The notes beneath the pieces were generated by a model. That model worked only from the letters and a program-made list of their open reading frames with translations, ran no database searches and was not told the DNA's origin. Shown here in pieces: positions 13,246 through 24,981 of a stretch of DNA of 64,000 nucleotides. Within the stretch, counting starts at the first letter, position 1; each line of letters starts with the position of its first letter. Both the position numbers and the translations under genes were made by a program. Where the stretch lies: positions 3,100,001 to 3,164,000 of the forward strand of contig CP089278.1 of assembly GCA_023920165.1 (NCBI GenBank), read 5' to 3'. This DNA is from Curvularia clavata (lineage: Eukaryota).

Positions 13246-14118
13246 TCAGGCCTTCTTCCTGAGTGCCCCTCCATCGATCGTAATATCTTGACCAGTCACG
13301 AAGCCTGCCTCGATCAGATACAGCACTGCATCAGCAATATCCTTTGGTCTGCCGGCTCTGTTTGTCGGGTGATCTGAAATATCCTTCTCACTAATCTGGC
13401 TGGCCCAATCTGCCCCATTCTCGTCGCCCTCTTTACTCTCGTGCGCCACCTTGATGCGACCAGGCGCAATCAGGTTCACTCTGATACCCAACTGTCCTAG
13501 ACTAATCGCCATGGAATGCATCAGTCCAATTAGCCCCGACTTGCTCGACGCATAGCCCTCTTGGTTAGGGTCCGACTGGTGGGCCCGGAACGAGCCGATG
13601 TGGATGATGCATGGTCCCGCAGGGCTGGAGTTGTTTGCATTCTGCATGTGTGCGCCTTCTTCCACGTCCGATGCTCGCGCCTTCATGTAAGGAATGCATG
13701 CTTGGCTCATGGCAAATGGCGCAGTGAGATTGGTGTCGATGTATGCCTGCCACTCATCAATCGTCGAGGGGTCCTCCATCGTCTTGCCATCCTTCCACTG
13801 AGGACTGGCAATGCCGCCGTTGTTGATGAGGACGTCAATGCGATCATTGAAAAAGCTGGCAGCTTCCTTGACCTTGGCTCGGATCTCATCCACACTGCGA
13901 AGGTCGCAGATGGCATATCCTAGCCTGCCGTCTGCGTAGTACTGCTGGAGATGAACTTTGCATGTATGCTCAAGCTCTTGCTCGTCGATATCGAAGACGT
14001 AGGCGTGATGTCCAGCCTCGAGCATCATCCGAGTCAACGCTCTGCCAATTCCTCGGGCTCCACCAGAGATGATAATATTCTTATACAAAGCCGGTGCCGG
14101 TGGTTGAGGAGACGCCAT
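13246..14118 (-). CDS. short-chain dehydrogenase/reductase
   Basis: SGGARGIG, INNGGI, catalytic YASSK, IRVNLIAPG, VTGQDITIDGG. Confidence 0.93.
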   Translation of the reverse strand: MASPQPPAPALYKNIIISGGARGIGRALTRMMLEAGHHAYVFDIDEQELEHTCKVHLQQYYADGRLGYAICDLRSVDEIRAKVKEAASFFNDRIDVLINNGGIASPQWKDGKTMEDPSTIDEWQAYIDTNLTAPFAMSQACIPYMKARASDVEEGAHMQNANNSSPAGPCIIHIGSFRAHQSDPNQEGYASSKSGLIGLMHSMAISLGQLGIRVNLIAPGRIKVAHESKEGDENGADWASQISEKDISDHPTNRAGRPKDIADAVLYLIEAGFVTGQDITIDGGALRKKA

Positions 14119-15193
14119 TTTGAAGTTTGAAGGTTTACTGAGTTGGTAGAGACTTTGTGTGCGTCGCTGACTGCCTTTTGATGTTTCTACCAGTACGTGG
14201 TTCTGACGTCACGTCTCAACATATTGTTAATTCTGCTGTCACTTCGTTAGAGAACCAAGCACCTCTATGCATGTACTAGCAGTGTGCTGGAACATAGTTA
14301 CCATCGATCGATCTCATCTCCTTAGAGTGTTGTTATCTTCGCTCTGTTGTCAGACCAATGCCACCTCTTTCAGGTACTGAACAGGATTCAAAACGTACCA
14401 AAATGGATAATTTCTTTTGTCATCCATCAACTGCTATATATCCTAAATCTATGTCCAGAGAAACAAGACTGGTAAATACCAGAATGTCTATATATGTTGC
14501 GCACAGGAGAACTCATATTATTTCCATTAAATTAGCCTATGGGACAACAAAACATGATTGAGGATACTCTACCATTATGCCGATCTGAAGTTTACTCATG
14601 GAGAAAGAGACTCTCAATACAAAAGACTTTCTTGTGATCTCTTGCTAGAAAAAACACTACTATAATAAGACAACCCATGCTTCTGTTGTTGATGGCGTCC
14701 CCCTCTTCATGGAAAAGACATTCGATTACAAGAGCAGACATTGCATGACTGAAGCCTTGCCTACTTGGCAGAGAGGGGGAAACGCTTTCTGTTGTTGTCC
14801 AGTGGTGCGCAGCTACCCTTGACCAAATAGCATGCAATCAGTTCAATGCACCGGAGATAAGAAGGATTTAGCACCTGAGAGAACAAAATAAATTCAGCCT
14901 GCTACGATACATTTTTTTAATGCTGCTGAATCACGACAGCGTTTGCTCAATAACCAGGAGCATGGCCTAAGCGCATAGTCTCAATGCACCGAGATAGACA
15001 TCACAGTGCATTCCACAAAGGCTGTTCGATTCGAACGGTCCAGATCGCATCCATAGATCTTTTATCAAAAACAAAAGATTCCCCACCTGACGCCTAAGAA
15101 ACACCAAGTTCCATGAAAGTACAGGTATATGACCATATTGCATGCATCGTTGAAATCAGAAAAAGCGCCGTCAGCCTATCGCAATTTAACCGT

Positions 15194-16345
15194 CTATTGC
15201 GTACGCTGGTAGACACCCACAACCATGGCGTGGTCACGCTCGAAGGGCTCGAGGGTAAGCTGCTCCTTGGGCTTGATGCCCATCTCTCGTAGCTTAGCGA
15301 CTTCCTGTGCGAAAACGGCTTCGGGAGCGGCGGTTGAGTCGATACAGTTGGCCTTGATGGAGATGACGACACCACCACCAACCTTCAAGAACATGCCGGC
15401 GTTAAGACCGACGATACGCGCTTGATCAGGCTGAGCAACATCGGCGAAGATGCAGTCAACCATTCCCAGAAGCATCCTGTATTTCGATGGGTGCCTGGCG
15501 TCCTCAACGATAGGGATAACGTTGGTGCGGTGGGTGGCCATGTTGATCAGATCACGGCCGGAGCGGTGGGAGAATTCGACGGCGAAGACAGTTCCCTCTG
15601 GGCCGACGATATCAGCAACGTGAGAAACTGATGTACCGGAGGCAGCACCAAGGTAAAGAACCTTGGAGCCAGGGCCCATATAGATGTTGTCCACACCACC
15701 CAAGATACCAGCGGCCAACTTGGAACGGAAGGGGTTCCAGACACGGTACTCGGTGCTGCTGGCCTCAGTCTCGCCATCCTTTGCGGCGCTGGCGCCAACA
15801 CTGATGCGCTTCTCTCCGTAGACGGATTCACCGGGTGTCAAGTTCTTGGTAACAAGGAGATCTTCCTTGCCGCGAGCGACGAAGACACCAGCATGGCGAT
15901 GGCTGATTCACAGTTAGCAAAAGTTTTAATCCAGGTAGAGGCTTAACTTACGGCTCAACAATGACCTTTGCTCCACCGCGCGCGCCTCCGCGACCGCCGC
16001 CGCGAGGAGCACCACGGCCTCGAGGAGCACCACGGCCTCCACCACGGCCACCACCACGGCCGCCACGGTCACCACCGCCACGACCGCCACCACGTCCGCC
16101 TCGGGGAGTGAAGCCGCCGCGACCGCCACGGTCACCACCACCACGTCCACCGCCACGACCGCCTCTGAAGATGTGTTAGTAAAGATTTTCTTCGGGTACT
16201 TTAGTGCCTCATGAATTGAGCAAAAAAGTCGAGATGAAAAGGTTTCCATCCCGTCATTCTTTGGTCAACACATCGCATAAGCAGCAATTTCTGCTTCGCG
16301 ATAGAAGCTCGAATGTTGAGAGCCGTACCTGGGAGTGAAGGCCAT
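15194..16345 (-). CDS. NOP1: fibrillarin, rRNA 2'-O-methyltransferase, 3 exons
   Basis: MAFTPR, intron 16165-16328, RGG/GAR domain, intron 15903-15951, then [37 protein letters not shown]. Confidence 0.97.
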
Positions 16346-16713
16346 TGTAGTTTCGTTCGGAGTTCTTGTCGGAGTTTATGAAGATGCGAAAGCTGTTGCG
16401 CATGGTTAGTCTCTGGATCTCGAGTTGCGATTTAAAAGAATACGAACTCTTTGTGACTTGTTCCACTCTATGCGCGGTCTTGTTGCGCGTTGAAGCGGGT
16501 GTGGATACTGAGTGTCGCGGTAAAAGCGATGGGTGCTGCAGGAGCTTGGAGAGCTAAGAAAAAAAGATATCGTCTGGGCTGGGCGCGCCAAGTCTCACAA
16601 CCATGAGGCCCGTGCTCATTGGCGGCCACACTCGCTTCGCTCTACCCACATCGAATTTTCCTCAATCACGTCGTCGTCAATTCCTACTAACACCACCAGC
16701 ACAATTCGACAAA
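16346..16713. promoter_or_regulatory. compact bidirectional promoter region shared by NOP1 and RPL17
   Basis: The two start codons are divergent and about 370 bp apart. Confidence 0.6.
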
Positions 16714-17513
16714 ATGGTATGTCTGCCGCCGTCACGATGCTTCGATAAGCTCTGCAATCCGAACATGAAATTAATTCTCGCAGGTTCGCTACGGAGCAAC
16801 CTCCATTGACGGCGCAAAGTCTGCCCGCGCCCGCGGCAGCTACCTCCGCGTTTCCTTCAAGAACACCCGCGAGACCGCTCAGGCAGTCAACGGCTGGAAG
16901 CTCGAGCGCGCCCTCGCCTACCTCGGAAATGTCCTGGAGCACAAGGAGGCCGTCCCCATGAGGCGGTACGCTGGCAGCACTGGACGCACTGCTCAGGGTG
17001 AGTGGCCCTGATGATGATTTGCGCATTGGTGGAAGGAGAAACATACACGCAAGAGGAGGGAATTTTTGGGGATTGGACGGTCTTCGCATGAGCCATTGTA
17101 GGAACGCAGGCTGACTTCAGCAGGCAAGGCTTTCGGTGTTTCCAAGGCCCGCTGGCCCGTCAAGTCCGCTGAGATCCTCATCGGTCTCCTCAAGAACGCT
17201 GAGGCCAACGCCGATACCAAGGGCCTCGACACCAGCAACCTGATCATCAAGCACATCCAGGTCAACCAGGCTCCCAAGCAGCGAAGGCGCACTTACCGTG
17301 CTCACGGTCGTGTACGTACACCGAGTTGAGTTGCGCAAACTTGCCTAACATGAACAGATCAACCCTTACATGTCCAACCCCTCCCACATCGAGCTTATCC
17401 TCACCGAGGGTGCCGAGGTCGTCCAGAAGGGTCCCCAGACCCTTGAGCGCCGCCTGAACTCCAGGCAGCGTGGCCGTGCCGTCCGCAAGGCCATCACCGC
17501 CTCTGAGGAATAG
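16714..17513 (+). CDS. RPL17: 60S ribosomal protein L17 (uL22), 4 exons
   Basis: ATG, intron 16717-16783, [23 protein letters not shown], intron 16998-17123, [19 protein letters not shown], intron 17312-17357, [13 protein letters not shown]. Confidence 0.97.
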
Positions 17514-18373
17514 AGGAAACGAGGGTGGTGATGTTGTGGCGAAGAAAACGGTCAAGGCATGGGCACGGTTTGGAGTCAAATGAGCGATGAATCTTTAGGG
17601 TCTTTCACACTCATCATGTATGCATGATATGGCACTTCGAGGCACTTCGATTTCTCCGGTGTCTGGTCCATGAAATAAAATAGGGCCAAGGCCTGGTTCA
17701 CACAAATACCGAGACCGTATGCGTCTATGCCAATTTTGTCGTCTCTCCTGTGCTTCTGTATGGTGACGTTCTCCAACACAAATGTTCGAAACTGCGTAAT
17801 CTGCACTTTACCGCATGCAGGTTTACACAACACAGGCTTGTGTAACTTGTTATAATCATGGACGCACAACATTGCTATTTTAGCTCCTTATACCTATAAC
17901 AGCAGCTATGATTCCACTAGAGACCTTGCTCTTTGACATTTTTGTGCTGACATTGCTACAGCTCTGTACTAGTACCCATCCGCATTGGGACTAGCGTGCC
18001 ACATGGCCACCCGTAAATCGAGGACAAACATCGGCGGATTTGAACATTCAACGGCTATTTTGACAGGGCAATGGGTCCGTGGATGCTCCATTGAGGTACT
18101 GATTGACCCCACGTCTCGAGTCATTCGTCATATCATGCTTCGCCTCGCTCCAACCGGGCTGGCCAACTTTCTCGCGATCGATGACGCAAGCCCAGCACGA
18201 ACCGACCACTTCACCGCGAAGTCTAAAGATAAAAAGCAATGTATCAACCTTAGATGTCTCCGTAGTGTAACATATCCCTTATATATACCCCCTTGCTGTA
18301 GAAACAGTAACCTTGTAATTTTGCAAGAACCACCATGTACTTGCGGCACCCATCATCACAGCACCAGCGGCAA

Positions 18374-19342
18374 ATGAGTCTCTTCACCGGCCTTGTCTCT
18401 CTACTTGCAGCAACAGCGCTTGCACAAGAAACAAAACGCGGATTCGCATACATTGGTGACTCCCACAAAACCGACAATCAACTCCTCACCTCCGACTCCT
18501 CGCCACTATCATGGTACTACAATTGGTCGCCTTACCCCAACAGCGACCTCATTCCGGCCGGCAGGCTAGAGTTCGTGCCGATGATCCATGGTATCGACGC
18601 CACCAAGGACGCTCAAACCGAACGTGTGATAAGAGGCTTGCCGGAAAGCAGCAAGCACTTGCTATCTTTCAATGAACCTGACGGCTCGCAAGGCAGCGGC
18701 GGAAGCAGTATAGAGCCTGAAGATGCCGCAAAAGCGTATATCGATTACGTTGTTCCCTTTCGGAATGGAACCAGTGGAGGAAGAAAGTGGTTGATCAGCC
18801 ACCCTGTTACAACAGGGAGCCCAAACGGTCTTGACTGGTTACGTCGCTTCAACGAATCCTGCTACGAAATCGATTCTCAAAACGGATGTCCAACCGACTT
18901 TGTGGCTGTGCATTGGTATGGCGCTTTCGATGGCCTCAAGGGCTGGCTAGGGACCCTGGACGAATTTTACAACAAAAACACGTCCCGAGGTATACCGCTC
19001 AAATTCTGGGTCACGGAGACGGCGCTCCCCCAGCAGGACGTCGACGCAACGGTCTCAATGATGAACCAGACACTACCCTACCTCGACGGTGAGGAGTCTG
19101 TTGCGAGATATGCGTGGTTCGGAGCGTTTAGGTCCAACGACGCCAATGAATGGACTGGAGATAGCGTTGCATTGTTCGACAAGAAGGGTGGTCTCACAGA
19201 ACTCGGCGCCCTTTATATGGGGGATGGATTCGAGAAGGGACAGAAGGGTCAAGGCACGGAGGATGCTGCGAGTGGACTCCGGGTCAGTGTCAGCATGATG
19301 GCCGGATTGGTTGTCTGCGCTACGATTTTCGCCATGTTGTAA
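18374..19342 (+). CDS. GH128 (Glyco_hydro_cc) beta-1,3-glucanase, probably GPI-anchored
   Basis: Signal peptide MSLFTGLVSLLAATALA. KRG, WYYNW, FVPM, FNEPD, DFVAVHWY, WVTE and RYAWF motifs; hydrophobic C-terminal GPI-like tail. Confidence 0.9.
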   Translation: MSLFTGLVSLLAATALAQETKRGFAYIGDSHKTDNQLLTSDSSPLSWYYNWSPYPNSDLIPAGRLEFVPMIHGIDATKDAQTERVIRGLPESSKHLLSFNEPDGSQGSGGSSIEPEDAAKAYIDYVVPFRNGTSGGRKWLISHPVTTGSPNGLDWLRRFNESCYEIDSQNGCPTDFVAVHWYGAFDGLKGWLGTLDEFYNKNTSRGIPLKFWVTETALPQQDVDATVSMMNQTLPYLDGEESVARYAWFGAFRSNDANEWTGDSVALFDKKGGLTELGALYMGDGFEKGQKGQGTEDAASGLRVSVSMMAGLVVCATIFAML

Positions 19343-20119
19343 ATGACAATTATCGCTTCTTGTTTTTCGAGATACCCTAGCTCGTTTGTAGATATCTTTT
19401 AGGCTCTGTTGAGAAGCTGCGATAATGATACTTGGATGATATTATGGCTATGAAAAGTTGGTTGCGTAATATGTGCATGATACTGCCTTCGCATCGAACG
19501 AGATGTTTTGTTTTAGTGGCGAAGATGACGAAAGCAAATAACGGCTAATATTTGTTTCCATGGAGGTCGTCACTATATGCGCTCGCCCATCTATTCGTAT
19601 ACTTCAGTACTCGTATAACTAATTCTCCCATTGTAAATAGCCTGTACAACTCATATCGGGATATCAAATAACCTTAACTTCTAGAAGGTCTCCTTGACTA
19701 AAATTCATCTCCAAACGAATCGAAGTTAATTGATTACCAAACGTACTGTGAGCCAATCATGCGTGCTCTCTTCACTTGCGCTTCAACTTCACATTCGGCA
19801 AGTAAAAGACTTATTCTCTCACTTGCAGTTGCTAACTACGTACTGTCCTTTACTCTGACATTTCCACTCCCTCGTTGTATACAATCTACGGCCGCCCCTC
19901 AGCAACCATCTACACGACCAAACTTTACGACAATCACGGACTCAGATATGGGGGCTCAACGCTCAGTAAGGATATATAAGAGCAGTATATGTATTTATTG
20001 ATATGATACCAAATTGGGAAGCAGTCACCGCAGCTCTCACAGGTGACTCGGCGACCACTGCAAAATCCATCAAGGGGACTAAGTCGGCATTAATACAAAC
20101 TAATTCGAAAGCAAACACC

Positions 20120-20581
20120 ATGTCATTCCCGGGTTCTTATAGAAACACCGGTGTCATTGCGACGAAAGCACCCCGACAACAGGACTCTTCGCTTGCTGGA
20201 AGCCTGTCAGTAACTCAACTGCTGCCAACCCGCCCTTGGCTCACACGTCAACAACCGATCTCTGCGCAAGACTCCTTTAATATACATCACCGACAAAACC
20301 TTGTGCCTGGTGCTGTAAACCTCAAGGACTGGGCTTCTGATACTAGAGAATTCAATAAAGATGAGCTAAGTAAATCACTAGCTTGGAAAACGCTCAGTAA
20401 GCGGTGCGAAATCGCCAGAAAGATTTTTCTGTGCGAGAATCCAGGCTACGAGTACGCAACCAGGTATCCCGTGCCAGTTTGTGATGATCAAGATACTGAT
20501 GAGGAAACGGGTAGCGGGGAGATGGTGGATGTAGGTACTGAAGACCTCACAACCAGGTCCACGCATCTAATGCCCGATTAG
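20120..20581 (+). CDS. hypothetical protein with degenerate HMG-box-like segment (possibly a pseudogene)
   Basis: DSFNIHHR...WKTLSKRCEIARKIFLCENPGYEY resembles HMG helix 3 and the NPGYxY motif; start codon uncertain (20003 or 20120). Confidence 0.35.
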   Translation: MSFPGSYRNTGVIATKAPRQQDSSLAGSLSVTQLLPTRPWLTRQQPISAQDSFNIHHRQNLVPGAVNLKDWASDTREFNKDELSKSLAWKTLSKRCEIARKIFLCENPGYEYATRYPVPVCDDQDTDEETGSGEMVDVGTEDLTTRSTHLMPD

Positions 20582-21056
20582 TATGACCCGTCGTCCAGAT
20601 CAGAACACTACGTCACGGGCTTTGCACGCGCCAAGTACCATCTCGGTCGCCTGAAGAGTCGTCTGGGGAGAATTAAGCTGCTTTTGATTGAGCCCAAGAG
20701 GCATTAAAGGAGATGAGGACTGCGATGGAGGAAGTGAGTAAGGCTGCCAAGGAGATGCATGAACGTAGCGAACTCTGAACCCGATAGCAAATGTTCGCGT
20801 AGAGGTTTTCAACATTTATGTAAGACAATGCCATCCATGCCAAAAAAAAATAATCGATTAGTGTTGGCGAGAACAATGTATTGGTGTTTGAGCATAAGTC
20901 GAAGGAGCTATGAACGCAGTAGTGCCAAGATGCTGCGATCTGCTATCTCAATCGACCACTTTGTAGTCTGATTGTTTACGAGCGTTCTCATTTGACTTAG
21001 GGATTTTGTAGAAGAGCTGAAAAATGCGATTGAGAACTGGAATAAGAGTCCTACAT

Positions 21057-22890
21057 CTAAAGTCTTTCAATCTCGACAATGTTGCCTTGTCCATCAACCC
21101 TGAACTTCTTCTTCATGAGTGAGGCATTCCTCGGGTTTGGTGCATTGAAGATGTCATCAATCTCCTCGAGCGTACGGTTTTTAGTCTCCGGAATAAAGAG
21201 CCAGACAATGAAAGCCTGAATGGGGCACCAGCAAGCAAACACTATGTACAACTTCCAACCGATGTTCTGCAAAGCGATAGGGTAAGCAAATTGGTTAATC
21301 ATCATAGCCACGATCAAGGAAAACTGTGAGAACGCCATGCCCTTTGCTCGGATTTCAAAAGACAGTACCTCAACGGGATAGAGTGCCTGGAGTGGTGTGA
21401 TGCCGAATGCATAAACAGCGTTGAATAAGAACACGAGTGCGACAAACGCGTTTCCAGCGGGGACGCTGTTGTGTTTGTTCTGGTAGGAAACAGCACTGAT
21501 GGCGCCAACCCAGATGAAGGTCATGGCACCGAACGCCCCTATCAGCATCGGCCGGCGACCGATTTTATCAACAAAGGTAGCGCCAATCACAGCCTATCAC
21601 GAGGAGTCAGCTTGTACTAGCAGATTAAAAGCCAGAAAACCTACGAAGGTAAGCTGCATACAGCTTTTGCCAAGGTTAATGTTCATCTGCGTAATCTCCT
21701 CTTTGACTCCTGCAGATTCAAGAACGCCAGCAAAAAAGTAATCTATAGCTCCATTTCCAGCCCACTGGGCAAAAATGGAAACAACACAGTTACAGGCGAC
21801 TCGGTAGCGCGCTTGGCGGGTCTTGAAGAGTGAGCCATAGTCCCACCAGCGCTTGTCACCTCCGTTCATGTTGAGATAAAGCTCATACTCACGGATCTGC
21901 ATGGAGACCCAAATACTGTCTTCGTTGCCACCACCGTGATATTTTGTGAGAATCTTTTTGGCTTCTGCCTTTCTTCCACGAGTGTAGAGCCAACGGGGTG
22001 ATTCCTTCTTAAAGATTAGCAAAGCTTTGTCACCGAACTGCTAGGTAGAGGCAACTTACAGGCAGAAACCATGGTAGTATGACAAGAAGTGCTGGAAAGA
22101 GCATTTGAAGCCATACGGGAACTCTCCAAGACTGATTACCCTCAAGACCGGCAGATCCGCGAGTAACACCGGCTGCAAGAAGCGACCCGACGTACCAGAA
22201 AGTGTTGTAAAGACCGGTAACGACGCCTCGATGAGCAGGGTGCGCAGTCTCGGTGACGTGCACCGGCCCAGCAGTCGACATAATGGGTACAGCGAATCCA
22301 AGCAAAAAGCGGCCGCCCATGACTTAGCAAAGAGTCAAAAAAAGGTTTCATGCGCAATTGGTGAGTTGGAATGACTTACACTGACCAACAGGCTTGGTGG
22401 CAGGAGCAGTCGATTGAATGATCACCCCAGCACAGCCAAGAACGCCCCCGATAACCATACCAACTCTGCGACCCCAAGTATCGCAAGCAGGTCCTATTAC
22501 TAGAAGTGCAACCACACCACCAATTTGATACATGGATGTTACAATACCAGCCCATGCACCAGTACTTTCGACATTGTAGTATTCCTTGAACTGTTTGTTG
22601 GTGAGAAGAGAGCCGAACATGGAGCCGTCAAACCCATTGCAGGAAGAGCAGAAGAAGCCGACGAATGCACAAAGGTATAGCAACATTGTTGCACTGGTGA
22701 AAAGCTTCACGGGCTCTTTCAATTTGGCCTCTGCAATAGCCTCAGAGCCGGCGACAACGGCGATTTCCGCCATGACATTGTTGCTGGCCTTTTGAAATGT
22801 AAGCTGCCCATGTACCTAAATGATAAGGGTACAGGTACTCACGGAGCGTTGTGAGTCCGTACTGACATGAATCTCCTTGACGTCAGACAT
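21057..22890 (-). CDS. MFS sugar porter, lactose permease/cellodextrin transporter-like, multi-exon
   Basis: MSDVKEIH start. NGFDGSM, DTWGRR, ETAHPAHRG, ESPRWL, QWAGNG, DKIGRRP, YPVEVLSFEIRAKG and PETKNRTLEEID across spliced exons. Confidence 0.9.
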
Positions 22891-24981
22891 TTTTGAGGTG
22901 GAGACGTCTGAGATGGAAGCTAGTGCTGAGGGTGATCGCCTGGGAGTTGACCAAGCTATAAGGTGTGCAAAGAGGCATGCGAAGCAGTAGTAGATGGGCA
23001 GAGGAATTGGTAATGGCTCCGAATTCTCCGGCTTATGCTTTATCCCTGCCGTGTATCCAGGTCACCGTTCTAGAAAGAAGCATACCCAGCGAATAATATG
23101 GGGAAGACCCCTTGATACGTAATACTTTCGAGAAGCGGCTCCCCGGCGCCTCTTATGTGCATTGAGCATTCCGTCTGCATGCAGATGCGCTACTGCATAA
23201 ATGATCGCGGTAGGCTGGAAAAGCTTCCATTCTGGACTTCCAAAGGAACGCACAAGCGCACTCGCTTGAGAATACCAATCACTCTCATCAATTTCACGTA
23301 GCACAACAGCTCGGAGCCGAATGGAAAACGTAGAAGGATGCGGGGGGCTTCGCGTGGCTGCAAAAGTGTGGGTCAGAAACTTTAACTGCGAAGAGGGGGC
23401 ATTAGTGCTGTATCAGAGCTTGACAGCACTCGTCAATCGCGCCGCGTCAGTGGCAGCCACAGGTCGACTATGCAGATCACCTTGCGAACCATGCCGCTAC
23501 TCTGCCAGTCACAAGAATACGCATCAGCACGAACAGGCGAAAACCCAACAAACACTAATCTAGAGGCGAACTTCCCGCCTCAGTGGCGTTTGGTGATCTC
23601 AGCACGAGTCAGCCCTCGAGCTCGTGCTATGCAAGGGAAAAAAAATAGTTGGCTTGGCTGGCTGCTTAAGGTTGAAACAGGATCCTGAATGACACCGGCT
23701 TTTCCAGTGAACGGCATTCCAGCATCATTGAGAGTACCGCCGTCCGGTCATGCATACGACATGCAGCGGAGGCATGGTAGTTTCAAAAAGTCCAAAGTCA
23801 GAAAGGTTCATGAACGCACATGGCAACTACACATGCACAGGTATTCGCTAATCTATCTGTTAACGATGGGCCAGTAGTGAAACAGGACGGTGATATGACG
23901 GGGAAATTCCCATCCCTTATATCGAGCATGAAGGTAGCATTTAAGCAAAGGCGTTGCTGCGGTTTGCTTCCCGGTGCTAGTCCCAATCGAAATAAGCTCG
24001 TCGGAATGATCTCCGCGTGGGGTTCATTCGATTCAACATCGTCCAAGTGCGAATTGCGCGCAAAACTAAAATCTGATTCATCGCGGCGTCATCGTAATCT
24101 GAGCAAGAGCGCTAATTCTTTATGGCAATGTGATTTCTTTGTGCATCTTCTGGCAATTCGTAAGGTCTTTCATATTTGGTTCTTGTATCGTCCATCTACA
24201 CCTTGCATTTCTTCAGGCGCGCGAATGTAAAGCAGGACAATATATGAATATTTGAGAAGAAAACAGCGAAGACTGGGTAATAAGATGATTTGAGTGTGTT
24301 AGATTTCGGGTGGCAAAGTCAGGGTCTTTGGAAAGAGGACACAAGACGTGATAGGCCGCTGACACACCAAGGCTATTACCCAAGATTTTCAACTTTGCTT
24401 GCTGCAATTAGGAGGAGTATAGCGATTGGACCTGCTGAGCCATTTTGAGCCCTGCTGGTTTCGACTTGCGAATTCCATTTACGAGTAGCAATCTACTTGC
24501 AGAAAGAGCAAGTAGCGTGGCGCACCGCGACTCTACTCGCGCCGCTTTAGTTAGTCAGAACGAAGAGGTACGCCTAGTGTTTTCTACATGAGGGTCAGGC
24601 GCATCACTTTAGTAATATGTCATATCTAGAAAAGGAATTCTTTGGTTTTCTTAATTGAAGGTGCTTCAGGCTATAAAATACTTACTGTGACAATAGTATG
24701 GATGCCTCCGAAACTTCATCGCATCTATCAACTTCTTCCAATATGCCGGCCCATCACGGATACAACCAAGTTGTTCTAAAATACTCGTGTATTATCTTCT
24801 ACAAGATACATATAACTACTCAGCGACGCTAGTTCTCTTTTCTTAGTATGAATGATGTCTGAAACAAAGACATTGTTCGAAAGTGGTTTGACACTGGGAA
24901 CCCATGCATCCATGTCGAGGGCGTAGAACACTCTTCTAATTTTCATCTACCATACGACGGATACGAATACAGTAACCAGCC

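Noticed and set aside
15961..16179. Pro/Arg-rich ORF on the + strand
   Set aside because: Antisense shadow of the fibrillarin RGG domain
17118..17123. NAGNAG tandem acceptor in RPL17 intron 2
   Set aside because: The first CAG is very close to the branch point (GCTGAC); the second restores the conserved protein, so alternative use is unsupported
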